Part shown: in pieces, positions 23,228 through 35,384 of the stretch
How the letters are laid out: each line of letters begins with the position of its first letter
Position numbering within the stretch: the first letter of the stretch is position 1
Source of the DNA: Octopus sinensis
Taxonomy: Eukaryota
Assembly: GCF_006345805.1 (NCBI RefSeq)
Contig: NC_043022.1
Location: 20,522,001 to 20,586,000, forward strand
DNA: 64,000 bases
Direction: 5' to 3'
Notes under the pieces: model-generated
Told to the model about the DNA's origin: nothing
What the model saw: only the letters and a program-made list of their open reading frames with translations
The model's database searches: none
Translations under genes and position numbers: made by a program

Positions 23228-24280
23228 TCATCTTAGGTTGATACGAGTGTTTGTGATGAGTTCTGGTGCCATATCAAGCGTGACGATGGAACGTTGCGTT
23301 GACAGAACCGAGCAGTATATTTGCATGAGCGTCCTTCGGTACTCTTGGCTCATTGAACAGTAGAGTACAAAGTTTATAGCGTTATTTATTAAAGCTACAA
23401 TGTCCATTAAATCTCCGAGCGGAGTATAGTAATCCCCGAAGAATCTTTCTAGAGTGGCGCTCAGTATGAGCAGGATAGCCTGAGGTAGTTCCGTGACAAT
23501 GAACAGAATCACTACAACAAGCAGCATCCGTGTGGTGCGAGAATGGTCCAGTATACGTGGCTGACTATTGGCCGGAGCCAGACTGGACAAGCGGCGCTTG
23601 TTTTTTAGCTTTGCCTTTAAAGTTCGTAACAGAAGCCCGCCGTAAACGATCATGAGAATACACGGTAAAAGCTTGGCCAAGATGCTGTACAACCACAGGT
23701 TGACTAGAAACGATCGGTCCGTGTTAGCTTTAATGCTTTTCAAAACATAATAGGACTCGTCTTTTAAAATCAAATCGTATGATATGTAGTTCGGTACGAG
23801 AAGAAGAGCCGCCGACACGTAAGTCAGGCAAACGCTAATACGAGCACGAATAATCCTGCGCATGCGTGTTAGATTTCCTTTCGCTGGAGACTGTATGTGA
23901 CGGTAGCGGAATATTGCGAGCAGAACACCCAACCAGACGGAAACCGTGTGCGTTGTGGTTGTGAAGTTGATGTGAAATATTAGAAATTGCATCCATCCGA
24001 ATGTGTTGCGGTGAGGATTTGGATTCGGGTACTTGCAGTAAAAATGCCAAGAAAAGGGCAGGTAACTGGCCATAGTTAGTATATCTGCCACTGCTAATGA
24101 GGTGAGGATCAAATTGACTGGAGTGCGCATGTGCTTTCTGGTCAGAACCGTTATATTGATAATGTTGGTTACTATTCCAAAGAAACATACGACTAGGCTG
24201 AGGTAACCGTGGTATTTCGCGTACTCGGTGCTGAATTGGTAGAGAAAGCTTCCATTTCTTGTATCCACTGAATCGTTCAT
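23228..24280 (-). CDS. Class A peptide GPCR, myosuppressin/DmsR/sex-peptide-receptor-like (350 aa from the ATG of MNDS; single coding exon)
   Basis: Seven hydrophobic segments; YHGYLSLVVCFFG..N..N..VLTRK.MR.P.N.IL..LAVAD, AIFRY (DRY position), TELPQ in TM6, NAINFVLY in TM7; N-glycosylation sequons NDS and NGS; candidate acceptor AG at 24299-24298 just upstream of the ATG. Confidence 0.93.
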   Translation of the reverse strand: MNDSVDTRNGSFLYQFSTEYAKYHGYLSLVVCFFGIVTNIINITVLTRKHMRTPVNLILTSLAVADILTMASYLPFSWHFYCKYPNPNPHRNTFGWMQFLIFHINFTTTTHTVSVWLGVLLAIFRYRHIQSPAKGNLTRMRRIIRARISVCLTYVSAALLLVPNYISYDLILKDESYYVLKSIKANTDRSFLVNLWLYSILAKLLPCILMIVYGGLLLRTLKAKLKNKRRLSSLAPANSQPRILDHSRTTRMLLVVVILFIVTELPQAILLILSATLERFFGDYYTPLGDLMDIVALINNAINFVLYCSMSQEYRRTLMQIYCSVLSTQRSIVTLDMAPELITNTRINLR

Positions 24281-24389
24281 TGTGACTACTTCAGTTCCTT
24301 GAAATGAAAATTGGCGCAAACATACAAATAATTAAATATATTTAATTAACAAATACATACATATATGCATAGATAGATATACTAGATAG

Positions 24390-24440
<51 letters not shown>

Positions 24441-24449
24441 TATATATGT

Positions 24450-25708
24450 GGTATCAAAAAGTTCCCGGACTAGTTCTGTAGCGCGCCAACAGATGGCAGC
24501 ACACGGTTGTGTGTGCAGTGAGAGCTAGCAGTGGCTTTCATGAGGCAGTATGCCGAGTGACATTGCCGTGTTTACTTCGCAAGTTGAGAAATTTATAATT
24601 TTGTGATCACGTGTATGCTGTAGTCTGCAATTTTTGTCATGGACAGGAAGCTGGAATAAAGAGCCAACGTGAAATTTTGCGTTAAACTCGAAAAGTCTGC
24701 TACAAAGACATTGAGCATGCTTCGACAAGCTTACGTTGAAGAGGCAATGGGTCGGGGCGCTTCAAAAGACACGACAATCGAGATAATGCTCATCGTGTTT
24801 TTCGACATCTGCAGTATTGTGCATCGCAAATTCATCACCCAGAGACACACCTATTTATTTACTACCCACAGGGGGCTAAATACAGAGAGGACAACCAAGG
24901 ACAGACATAGGTATTAAGTCGATTATATCGACCCCAGTGCGTAACTGGTACTTATTTAATCGACCCCGAAAGGATGAAAGGCAAAGTCGACCTCGGCGGA
25001 ATTTGAACTCAGAACGTAACGGCAGACGAAATACCTATTTATTTACAACCCACAGGGGGCTAAACACAGAGAGGACAAACAAGGACAGACATAGGTATTA
25101 AGTCGATTATATCGACCCCCGTGCGTAACTGGTACTTATTTAATCGACCCCGAAAGAATGAAAGGCAAAGTCGACCTCGGCGGAATTTGAACTCAGAACG
25201 TAACGGCAGACGAAATACCGCTAAAGCATTTCGCCTGGTGCGCTATCGTTTCTGCCAGCACACACCGTCAACCAAGAGTTCTACCGCAACGTTTCGAAGC
25301 GTTTGAGGGACGACATTCGGCGAAAGTGACCGGATCTGTGGGGTGCGAAGAATTGGATTCTTCACGACGACAATACACCCTGTCACCGAGCTCTCCTCAC
25401 TCGTGGTATCGCTTCTGCATCTGCCCTAATCGATAGATTTAGCACCTGCGGACTTCTATCTCTTCCCCCAAGAGGAAAATGCTGCTGAAAGGTCACCGTT
25501 TTAACTCCGTTGTCGAAATCTAGAGAGACTCGCAGAAGGTCCTCGACTCGATTACAGAAAATGACTTCCAGACCAGATTCCAAATGTGGCAGGAACGCCG
25601 GAACCGCTGTATTTAAAAGATGTGACTATTTAAAATATGTTATGATAAAGCTTAGATAAATAAGTTACTTTCTATTAAACATAACGAGTCTGGGAACCTT
25701 CTGATACC
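24450..25708 (+). mobile_element. Internally deleted mariner transposon with nested SINE C dimer
   Basis: TIR match ggtatcaaaaagttcccggact / agtctgggaaccttctgatacc; transposase remnants NVKFCVKLEKSATKTLSMLRQAY, MLIVFFD, WILHDDN.P.H, DLAPADFYLFPK. Confidence 0.88.
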
Positions 25709-25948
25709 TATTTCTTTATTACCCACAAGAGGTTAAACACAGAGGGGACAAACAAGGACAGACATAGGTATTAAGTCGATTACATCCACCCCAGTGCGTA
25801 ACTGGTACTTAATTTATCGACCCCGAAAGGATGAAAGGCAAAGTCGACCTCGGCGGAATTTGAACTCACAACGTAACGCAGACGAAATACCGCTAAGCAT
25901 TTCGCCCGGCGTGCTAACGTTTCTGCCAGCTCGCTACCACCTCGTACA

Positions 25949-26005
25949 TACAGGATGGGCCAAAAGTCACGCACCAAAACAATTGACATTTTATTTATAT
26001 TACGT

Positions 26006-26062
<57 letters not shown>

Positions 26063-26195
26063 TTTGTTCATCATGTACAAGTATGAGTGTATTTATCATT
26101 TTTTAATGTATTTTATTCAATTTTAGACAAATTGAAGCATGTCTTTGACAATTCCGGAGGGCATTGAACTTATTTTGGGCATGACTTTTCCCCCA
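25949..26195. mobile_element. Tc1-like MITE containing (AAT)n
   Basis: tacaggatgggccaaaagtcacgc and an inverted diverged end gcatgacttttcccccacccctt. Confidence 0.5.
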
Positions 26196-26260
26196 CCCCT
26201 TTACCAAATATTGTGACTGTGTAGACATTTTTCTAATACATACATACATACATACATACA

Positions 26261-26297
<37 letters not shown>

Positions 26298-26561
26298 CAA
26301 AGTGAAGTTGTAAGGTACCGCACGAGTGGAATTATATATGAAAGAAGGTTTGAAAATGCAATTTTAAAATATGTTTATTCAATTGACCGGTTTCACTTTT
26401 TTAGAAAAAGATTGTCAAAAGTAAAATGTAAAAGCTTTGTGACAACCAGTACCTAACACAACAAAGCTTTTACATTTTACTTTTGACAATCTTTTTCTAA
26501 AAAAGTGAAACCGGTCAAGTGAATAAACATCTTTTAAAATTGCATTTTCAAACCTTCTTTC

Positions 26562-26601
<40 letters not shown>

Positions 26602-28050
26602 ATGTGTGTGTGTGTGTGTGTATAAAACACACGCGCTCGCACTCACACATGCTCACACATATATATATGAATATAACACAAAATGCCATTGAAATGTTAA
26701 AGTAAATAAAGTTAGAGACAGGTAAGTTTACAGACACAAAATATAGGCATTCAAATTTTAAACACATATGTTTCGAAACCCAATGTTATATACAAAAAAT
26801 GTAATATAACCCCAAAGAAATATTCAGAAAGTATGGTAAATTATTATTATCATTCTTATAATATTTGAAATAATTTTTGTAACTTTGAAAATTGTGTTTT
26901 AATTTTCGAAGATATATTTCATTGCTTCAAAACATTGTTGTTATGTTTTAAATTATCATTAAATTCTTTGAAACTGATAATATATTCGCTGATATTATTT
27001 ATATTGTGAGAAAACATAATAATATTTTGAATTAGTTTTTGTATTATGTTTCGAAGTTTAAATTTTAGTAGTATTATGCATGAAATTATGATTAGTTGAG
27101 TTGTGGAAAGGCGACGAGCTGGCAGAATCGTTAGCACACCGGGCGAAATGCTTAGCAGTATTTCGTCTGCCGCTACGTTCTGAGTTCAAATTCCACCGAG
27201 GTCGACTTTGCCTTTCATCCTTTCGGGGTCGATAAATTAAGTACCAGTTACGCACTGGGGTCGATGTAATCGACTTAATACCTATGTCTGGCCTTGTTTG
27301 TCCCCTCTATGTTTAGCCCCTTGTGGGTAATAAAGAAATAGGTATTTCGTTCGTCGCTACGTTCTGAGTTCAAATTCCGCCAAGGTAGACTTCGCCTTTC
27401 ATCCTTTCGAGGTCGATTAATTAAGTATCAGTGAAACACAAGGTTCGATGTAATCGACTTATCCTCTCCCCCAAAATGGCTGCCCTTGTGACAAAATTTG
27501 AAGCCATTATTATGTCTGAAGGCTAATTTTAAAATCAATATTCGTAATGATTATATAAATTAGAAATAATATTATGATATTTAAAATTATTATAATGTTT
27601 CAAATTCTTACATATTGGTTAAAAATTTTGGCACAAGGCCGGCAATTTTAAGGAAGGGTGTAAGTTGATTATATTCCTTTCAACACATGGCTATAATGTT
27701 CTCCTGCTCATGATCAGAGATGCACATGTTATCAGCCACTAAGGGTCATGCTCAAGATCAGGCAACTGACAAACAAATGTGTGGTATTGAACAGAATATT
27801 TGCGATAACATTTCTGTTTCAGAAACTCAGCACTGAATCTGTCTGAAATGTAACGGTAAATAGGTCAGTTTCAAAACGTTGATGTCCAGGTCAGAAAGGC
27901 AAAGTCTGAGGGGAGTAGTAGTCATTTCCTTTCATTTCACTCAGCTTAATCAAATCTGAGCTGAGTTCAGTTCATTATAAACTCGAGCTTTTGTCTCTGA
28001 GTAATTCAACAGGGGAATATGGTTTTATTAGCTCTTCTATCTCTTTTTCC

Positions 28051-28092
<42 letters not shown>

Positions 28093-28174
28093 TATTATAT
28101 ATCATTATCATTATCATTGGTATTATTATATTATTATTATTATATTATTATTATTATTATATTATTATTATTAT

Positions 28175-28729
28175 TGAGTGAGAGAGCAGTTGATGCCATC
28201 AAAGTGACACTGGGGTAAAATATACGAAGCCCAATATACCCATCATGACTACCCGTCTGCAGGGTACACCAGGCACATGCCACACAACCATATGTGCGCG
28301 ACATGGTGATCTCATATCAAGATAAACAGCACATGACCTTGCAGGTGGGGCCCAGTTAGAATTTTCTTCAGGTTGAGTAGCCCATCCCGCTCAAAAGGTC
28401 CCTGAATAAGGGTTGTTTAAGGATGTGAAAGAAACCACCCATGTTTCAAGAGGTGAATTATTCAAACCCAAAGAATCCCTCTCAACACATGGCTATGATG
28501 CTCCCCCACTACTTCTGCTCGTGATCAGAGATGCACATATCGACAGCACTAAGGGACATGCTCAACTGGTTAAGGTCAAACAACTGACAAGCAAATCGGT
28601 GGTAGTGAGCAGAATTTTGCTGTAGCCCATCTTTTATACCAAGACAAAACAATGTACCTGATAACACTTGCAATCAGTTAAGATCAGAAGCCACGAGGAG
28701 CCACTGCCTGGTACTGCATCAGGGCATTA
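28175..28729 (+). mobile_element. Family D element, full copy in (ATT)n
   Basis: gagtgagagagcag...ctgcatcagggcatt, flanked by ATT repeats on both sides. Confidence 0.8.
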
Positions 28730-28746
28730 TTATTATATTATTATTA

Positions 28747-28778
<32 letters not shown>

Positions 28779-29316
28779 TATTATTATTATTATTATTATT
28801 ATTATCATCAATCCAGCAAGCTGACAGAATCGTTAGCACGCCGGGCAAAATGCTTTACAGCATTTGGTCTGTTTTTACGTACTGAGTTCAAATGCTACCG
28901 GGATCGACTTTGCCTTTCATTCTTTCAGGGGCGCATATATGCGATTATATGTTTCGTACTGAAGGGCAAAGCTGTGCTACCGATCTCATCGGTACCAGTA
29001 CTTCATTGAGTGCAGCTAATATTAATTATTCGAAATTGATTTATTGTTTCTCTCCTCTTCCTTGCTCCGCCATTTTCAACAAAATATACATTTAAGTGTT
29101 TTAATAAAATATTCTCGTAAAATGGTGAGAAAGAAGACTTTCTACCTTTCTTTCGCAATAAGTCCTTGCTAATTTAGTACTTTTTATGTGGACTTTAGAT
29201 ATTTTTTATCAGTTTTCGCAATGAAATTTATATTGCAATGAAATTTCCACTTAAACATTGTAATATAAATACTTATGTTTTATTTATATAAATACTTCTA
29301 GAAATATAATAATTTT

Positions 29317-29517
29317 GAATGGTTGTATACTGTCAATCTAACAAGAACGTGACAGTAGGGGGTACACCACCGCTGTATAGCCCTCTATATGTATATAAGG
29401 ACACAGGGAAAAATGTGTCAAAGCCATCAGGAGGCGTTCGATGCTTCCTAGGGCTATACAGCGGTGGTGTACCCCCTACTGTCACGTTCTTGTTAGATTG
29501 ACAGTATACAACCATTC
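29317..29517. repeat. Perfect 68-bp inverted repeat with a 65-bp spacer (MITE-like hairpin)
   Basis: Arms 29317-29384 and 29450-29517 are exact reverse complements; explains the mirror-image ORFs on both strands. Confidence 0.9.
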
Positions 29518-30550
29518 TATCGCCCCACCACCGTACATGTCTCTACGAGAGATTTAGAAATTCAATATTTCTTATAATAATTTTGTTTTAAGTTTAATAT
29601 TTACCAAACACTTTTCACTTTCGTTTCATCATCGTTGTTTTCTTCTTTTCGTCATCGTCATAACTGTAAGTATCTCAATTTCCATCATCTTCATTATGAT
29701 CTCCAGCATCGTCATCTTCATCAACATCGTTGCCATTGTCATCTCCATTCTCCTCGTTATCGTCCTTAACATCATTATCTTCGCCATCCTCTTTTGTTGA
29801 AGATATCAAAGTTCTCACATGAGAAAGATTATTAACGCCGAATTTATTATTATTATTATTATAATTATTATTATTATTAATGATAATTATTATTAATTAT
29901 CATTATTATTTCTATTGAGTTGTTGTCTGTGTCGTTGTTGTTTTTGTTGTTAGTGAAATTGTTTCACCTTTTAAAACCAATTACTATAAATAGGAAACTC
30001 ATAATTTTTTTGTGAGATGTCTACAGAATATAATTTCAGAAAATATGTAAATATATATATATAAATATTTAATCGAATGGATGGAATGCTAAATAGAGGG
30101 ATGGATTGTTGGAAAAGAAAAAAAAAACAATCAATTAAAATTAAAAATACTTATAAATATGCAAATATTAAGAATATTAGTACCCGTTTACATAATTTGG
30201 TTCCACCAGTTTGTATACAAGAAGTCACATCGCTCAAAATAACGTTTTAGTGTTTCAATTTTTACTTGTCTTTCATCTTATTTTTGTTCCATTTCCGTAT
30301 ACTTATTTTTTTTTCAGAAATGAGTCTTGTTTTCCAGACGATCAAATTTCAACAAAGGCTATTGAATTGAACAGAGTTTAGCAGCGTTGGCAGACGGTAA
30401 ATTTTCGATAAAGCTATTTTTATTTTTTTTCTTAATCGTGGTGGTGGTGGTTTTGGTTGGATGTTTAATATTTCAACAAAGGCATTAACAACGATAATGA
30501 AATGTAAACCTTTTTAATATTTATGATATATATATATCTATATATATATA

Positions 30551-30600
<50 letters not shown>

Positions 30601-32508
30601 TTATATTATGTATATTTATGTATGTATGTATATGTTTCTGTGTGTGTAGAAATGTAAGTATGGATGTGTGTAAGTCTTCGAATTACGTGGTATAAATTTA
30701 ATTTTTTGGGGGCGGAAAATTTAGATTACAAGTTTTTTTACATCTATATCATAGAACTAGGGTTCTATTTCACTAGAAATTCTTCAAAGCGGTGTTCCAG
30801 TATGGCTGAAACAAGTAAAGATTATATATATATATATATAATATATATATTATATATAAGTTTGGTCGTGCCAGCCTCTACTCTGAGTTCGTCTACGGAT
30901 GCGCAGGATCTGCAAGAAAATTACTATGCTGTCGAGTAACTCTTTCTTCCGACAATTAACACCAAGCGAAGATATGTGTGTGCGTGAGTGTTCTCTATTT
31001 TAGGTAGATTTTATGCCAACCCACGAAAACTAAACATTGTTTAGTTTTAAAGATTTTAGCTCGATGGCCAGTGAGGTTTTTAAACACAAATAAAGCCCTG
31101 AACAATACCGTTTTTAGCAAGAGACATGCTAAAAGTATAGGGCCAACTTGGCATGTCCTCCAGCAAAATATTTTTTACGTGAAACAATTACAATGATAAA
31201 TATTTTATTTCTGTTGTTGTTGTTCTTGAACCCCAGGTCAGGTGAAATTGGATAAATATATTAACATATGCATTTCGCCCATAATTATATTAATTTTATT
31301 TTTTTGTTTTTTTGTTTAGTTTGCTTTTTGAAGAGCAGAATCTAGGTCGTTTGTCCCTTATAATTGTGATTAGCACTGAGTGCTTTTGATGTTATTGTTG
31401 TTGCTCCAGATGTTTGTGCGATGTTATTCAAGTTGTTTTATATATCTATATACATACATACATATATGTATTTATTGGTTTATTCTTATTTTTATCATTA
31501 CTTTTTATGTTTTATTATTTTTCATTTTATCTATTCTATTTTATTCATATATTTATTGCAATCAAAGTACTTGAAAGATCCAAAATACCGCTTCTGAAGC
31601 TAAAATTGAGGCAATCGAAGCATATATTCTTCAAAGAGTTCAACAATCCACTTCCCTCCTTCCTCCCTTTCTTTCCTTTTCCCGATTCCCTATTTTCTAT
31701 TCTCTCTTCCTTTCTTTCTCCCCGTCTCTCTTCCTTCCTTTCTCTATGTCTCTCTCTTTTTTTCTGTCTGTCACTTCTTACGTCTATTTCTTATTACAAT
31801 TCAATTTCTATGATTCCTCCCCTACCACCTTCTTCCTCTTTCTTCTTTCTCTTTCCTTCCTTCCTTCCTTCTTTCTTTCTTTTCTACCTTCCTTTCTTTC
31901 TTTCTTCCCTTTACAACGGTATTTATCTTCAAAAGTTTCAAAATGTCACATCAGAAACATTGAAATTTGTAACGATTTTCTATACAAATCACCTCTCGTT
32001 GTTACAACGGTTGTTGTTGCTCTTCTTTTTCTTTTTGTTCTCTATAATGAATCTTAAAATTGCACGCCAAAACTAAACAAAGTTCTGTTTCATTTACCGC
32101 AACCTTTGCCCTTCCCTGATTAAATTTTCACCAACCAATTAAACCTCTATTTGGAAAGTAACAAATCTTCACTTTACAGTTTTTATTTCATTAATTATTT
32201 GTTTCTTTTATAGCTTCTTCCCCTTCATTCACCATTTCCACCACTGTTGCTTTCTTTTGTTAATCATTCCCAATCTTGTAGATTCACAATTTCCTAGTTT
32301 AACTCTCTTTTTCTCTCCTCTCTCTCCCCCTCTCTCTCTCTCTCTTTGTCTCGTTCTCTCTCTATCTCCCCCTCTTTCGTTCTCTATCTCTATTTCTGAC
32401 TTCTCGCTTCCTTCTTTACTAAAGCTCTATTTCCGTCCTAAACTTTTGCGTTCGTATTAAAATGTATTCTTGATAATATTGTTATTCTTGCAGCGGCAGC
32501 AACAGTAT

Positions 32509-32560
<52 letters not shown>

Positions 32561-32882
32561 TAGTAATAGTAGTAGTAGCAGCAGCAGCAGTAGTAGTAGT
32601 GTTGTTGTTGTTGTTGGTGGATGTGATGGTGGTGGTAGTAGTTGTTATTGTAATAATAGCTGTAGTAGTAGTAGTGGTTTCAGTAGTTGTTGTTGCTCTT
32701 GTAGTAGTAACAGCAGTATTAGTAATAGTAATACTAGTAGTTGTAGTGATGGTGTAGTAGTAGTAGTGTTGATGGTGTTGGTGGTAGTGGTTGTAAATGT
32801 TATTGTAATAGTCGTTGTTGTTGTTATTGCGGTATTGTGAGAAAGATGATGATGATGATGAAGAGGATAGTGATAGTAGTAA

Positions 32883-32976
<94 letters not shown>

Positions 32977-33280
32977 TAATAATAATAACAATAACAAAAC
33001 GCAGCTAATTTGTTATTTTATGTTCGCTGCAATATCGGAAATGAGTTGGTTAAAATGAGGTCACGAGGCCACCATTTTATTTTTGGTTTATTTCATTCGT
33101 ATTTTTGTTCTGTTTTCTTCATCTGATAAGAGGAATTAAAATATTTCATTGCAAATATCTCTAATGTCGTTTTCCCGAAAAACAAGGAACTTTATCTTCG
33201 TTAAACCTGAAAAGAAAAAGAAGCAAAAAACATTATGCATGTAATTTCTGTTTACACACGCGCGCGCGCGCACACACACA

Positions 33281-33318
<38 letters not shown>

Positions 33319-33335
33319 ACCAATTTATATATACA

Positions 33336-33844
33336 CTAGCAGTATCGCCCGGCGTTGCTCGGGTTTGTAAGGGAAATAACTATATAAGCATTTTTAGAGA
33401 GTTACTTCCTTATAGATGCCAATCGGGCTTTCTTAGCCATTTCTGTTTTGGTGTCTTCAAGCCATGAAGTCGTTGTTCTAAAAGAACGCTGGTCTCCTTG
33501 ACACGCTTTACGACGTTGATTTCCTTACACTCCCTTCCCCACAGCTTCACGAGGGAGGGAAGAAGGGGGAGAAGCAAACAGGTGCAGGCGTGACCATGGA
33601 CGCCAACTCCGCCGCCATCGACACACGAAAAATTATGCATTAAATGGAATAAAAAATTATGTTAAATTATTTTTAAAATCGTAGACTCATCGTAGACGCG
33701 CGCTAATACTCAGACGGGCTCGATATGAATCACGACTATAAGATACCCGAATTTGGTTAAACTGCACCGCAAAATGTGGGAGTAGTTAGGAATCTAAATC
33801 GAAGGGGACAGACACTCACACAACTACAGTTTTATATAAATAGA
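33336..33844 (-). mobile_element. Complete non-autonomous Helitron
   Basis: Minus strand A|TC...hairpin cccgagcaacgccggg...CTAG|T. Confidence 0.8.
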
Positions 33845-34125
33845 TATGAGTTTATGTATGTGCCCTTCCTACATCCACATCTCTCATCATACTCACACGC
33901 ACATGTACGTAACTTTGAGTTCTTACGACACGGCCAGAAATTACGACTCTCATCTCATCAGAGATCACCATTCTGTTAGTAGGATTAAGTTCCTTTCTGA
34001 AGCCGCGGGTCGACTAAAGCCTTGTGAATAAATTCGATACACAGAAACTGAAAAAAATCCGTCGTGTGTGTATCCGAACGTTTTAATACCCTCTACTGCG
34101 TTTTTGTTCCATTTACACACACGCG

Positions 34126-34170
<45 letters not shown>

Positions 34171-34352
34171 GCAATAATAAATCTCTGAGCGAGGTATATT
34201 TGCCACCTAAATGTGGCTAACCCTTAAGGGTTGTTGCTACTATTGCTTGTAGCCCCAGGAAGACATCTCCAGCTGGCCATCGACACACTATCTGCGCCCT
34301 ATCAGTATTTGAAAAGGGAAGTTATCGTTCTCATCTCCAGCTTGACATGATA

Positions 34353-34397
34353 CACACGGACCCGAGTTTCTGGGTATTGATCCGTCATCAGCGTGTG
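34353..34397 (-). ncRNA. Minimal type I hammerhead ribozyme motif
   Basis: Minus strand: cacacg-CTGATGA-cggatcaataccca-GAAA-ctcggg-TC-cgtgtg; perfect 6-bp stem I; GUC site; stem II partly mismatched. Confidence 0.65.
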
Positions 34398-34559
34398 ACA
34401 ACCACCGTTTTTCTTTATTAGGATAATAGATATCTATTGCAAAGAAAGACATTACAGGACGTTACAAACATATAAATGTGCTGAGTGAGCTTATATTAAA
34501 AAATTTGATGAATCATATATATATAAATTAAACATTTTCACAAGCTTATTTTCACAAGA

Positions 34560-34800
34560 TATAGCTAGAATGTCAGCGACTACACCTCGCTTCTACCATG
34601 GGTGGAAATAAGTAGGGACAGTCACTCCTAATTTCCACACGACATCCTTCCATCTTTTCTCATATATACTTCACGACAGGTGTCTTCTCTCCAGCCTTAT
34701 CTTGCTTTTCAGATGGTACCTGAAGTAGAATAGCAAACCAGTGCCAGAGATGAAGGATCCTGTCACGATTCTTTGCATTCTGGTTCTCCATGCGCACTCT
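34560..34800 (-). mobile_element. Degenerate LINE ORF2 C-terminal fragment
   Basis: Minus frame YHLKSKIRLERRHLS*SIYEKRW resembles L1/Tx1-type ORF2 ends; recognised from memory. Confidence 0.4.
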
Positions 34801-34888
34801 TTCATTACTGCGACCGTACACAGAAAACATTTGATTTATATGGATAATACCATACCAAATTCTGGTGCCTTTAACTTAAGTACTATAT

Positions 34889-34988
34889 NNNNNNNNNNNN
34901 NNNNNNNNNNNNNNNNNNNNNNNNNNNNNNNNNNNNNNNNNNNNNNNNNNNNNNNNNNNNNNNNNNNNNNNNNNNNNNNNNNNNNNNN
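34889..34988. other. Assembly gap (100 N)
   Basis: Run of N of round length, typical of scaffolding. Confidence 0.99.
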
Positions 34989-35384
34989 CTGACCAACGGT
35001 TTCGCGCTGGGAATTCAAAGGAGTCTTACGTAACCACCCGGATTATGCAAGACTGCGTTCATCAAAGGCACCGTTATGGAATGAAATACGGCGGCTTATA
35101 CACATATGCATACGCTCCCATACCGTTGTGGAGTTATTGCAATAGGTCGTCTGCGTCTTGTGCCATATAGCTGCGTTTCCCAGCAGTGCGCTCTACACAG
35201 TCACTAAAAAAGATAGTCGCCATATTTCATTCCATAACGGCTACCTGAGGAACGCAAGGTTACATAATTGGATTGTTACCTAATATTCCGTTGAATCCCT
35301 AACGCGAAACTGATTGGTTAGATCGATCGTAATGGATATATAATACTGTACACTTCGGATAATATATATCTTTTTGGGAAGGTT

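Noticed and set aside
29680-29896. Acidic D/E/N-rich open frame on minus
   Set aside because: No start codon or splice support; consistent with decayed (GAT)/(AAT) microsatellite
31414-32076. 220-aa hydrophobic ORF
   Set aside because: Derived from T-rich and CT-rich low-complexity DNA; no transmembrane-protein family motif
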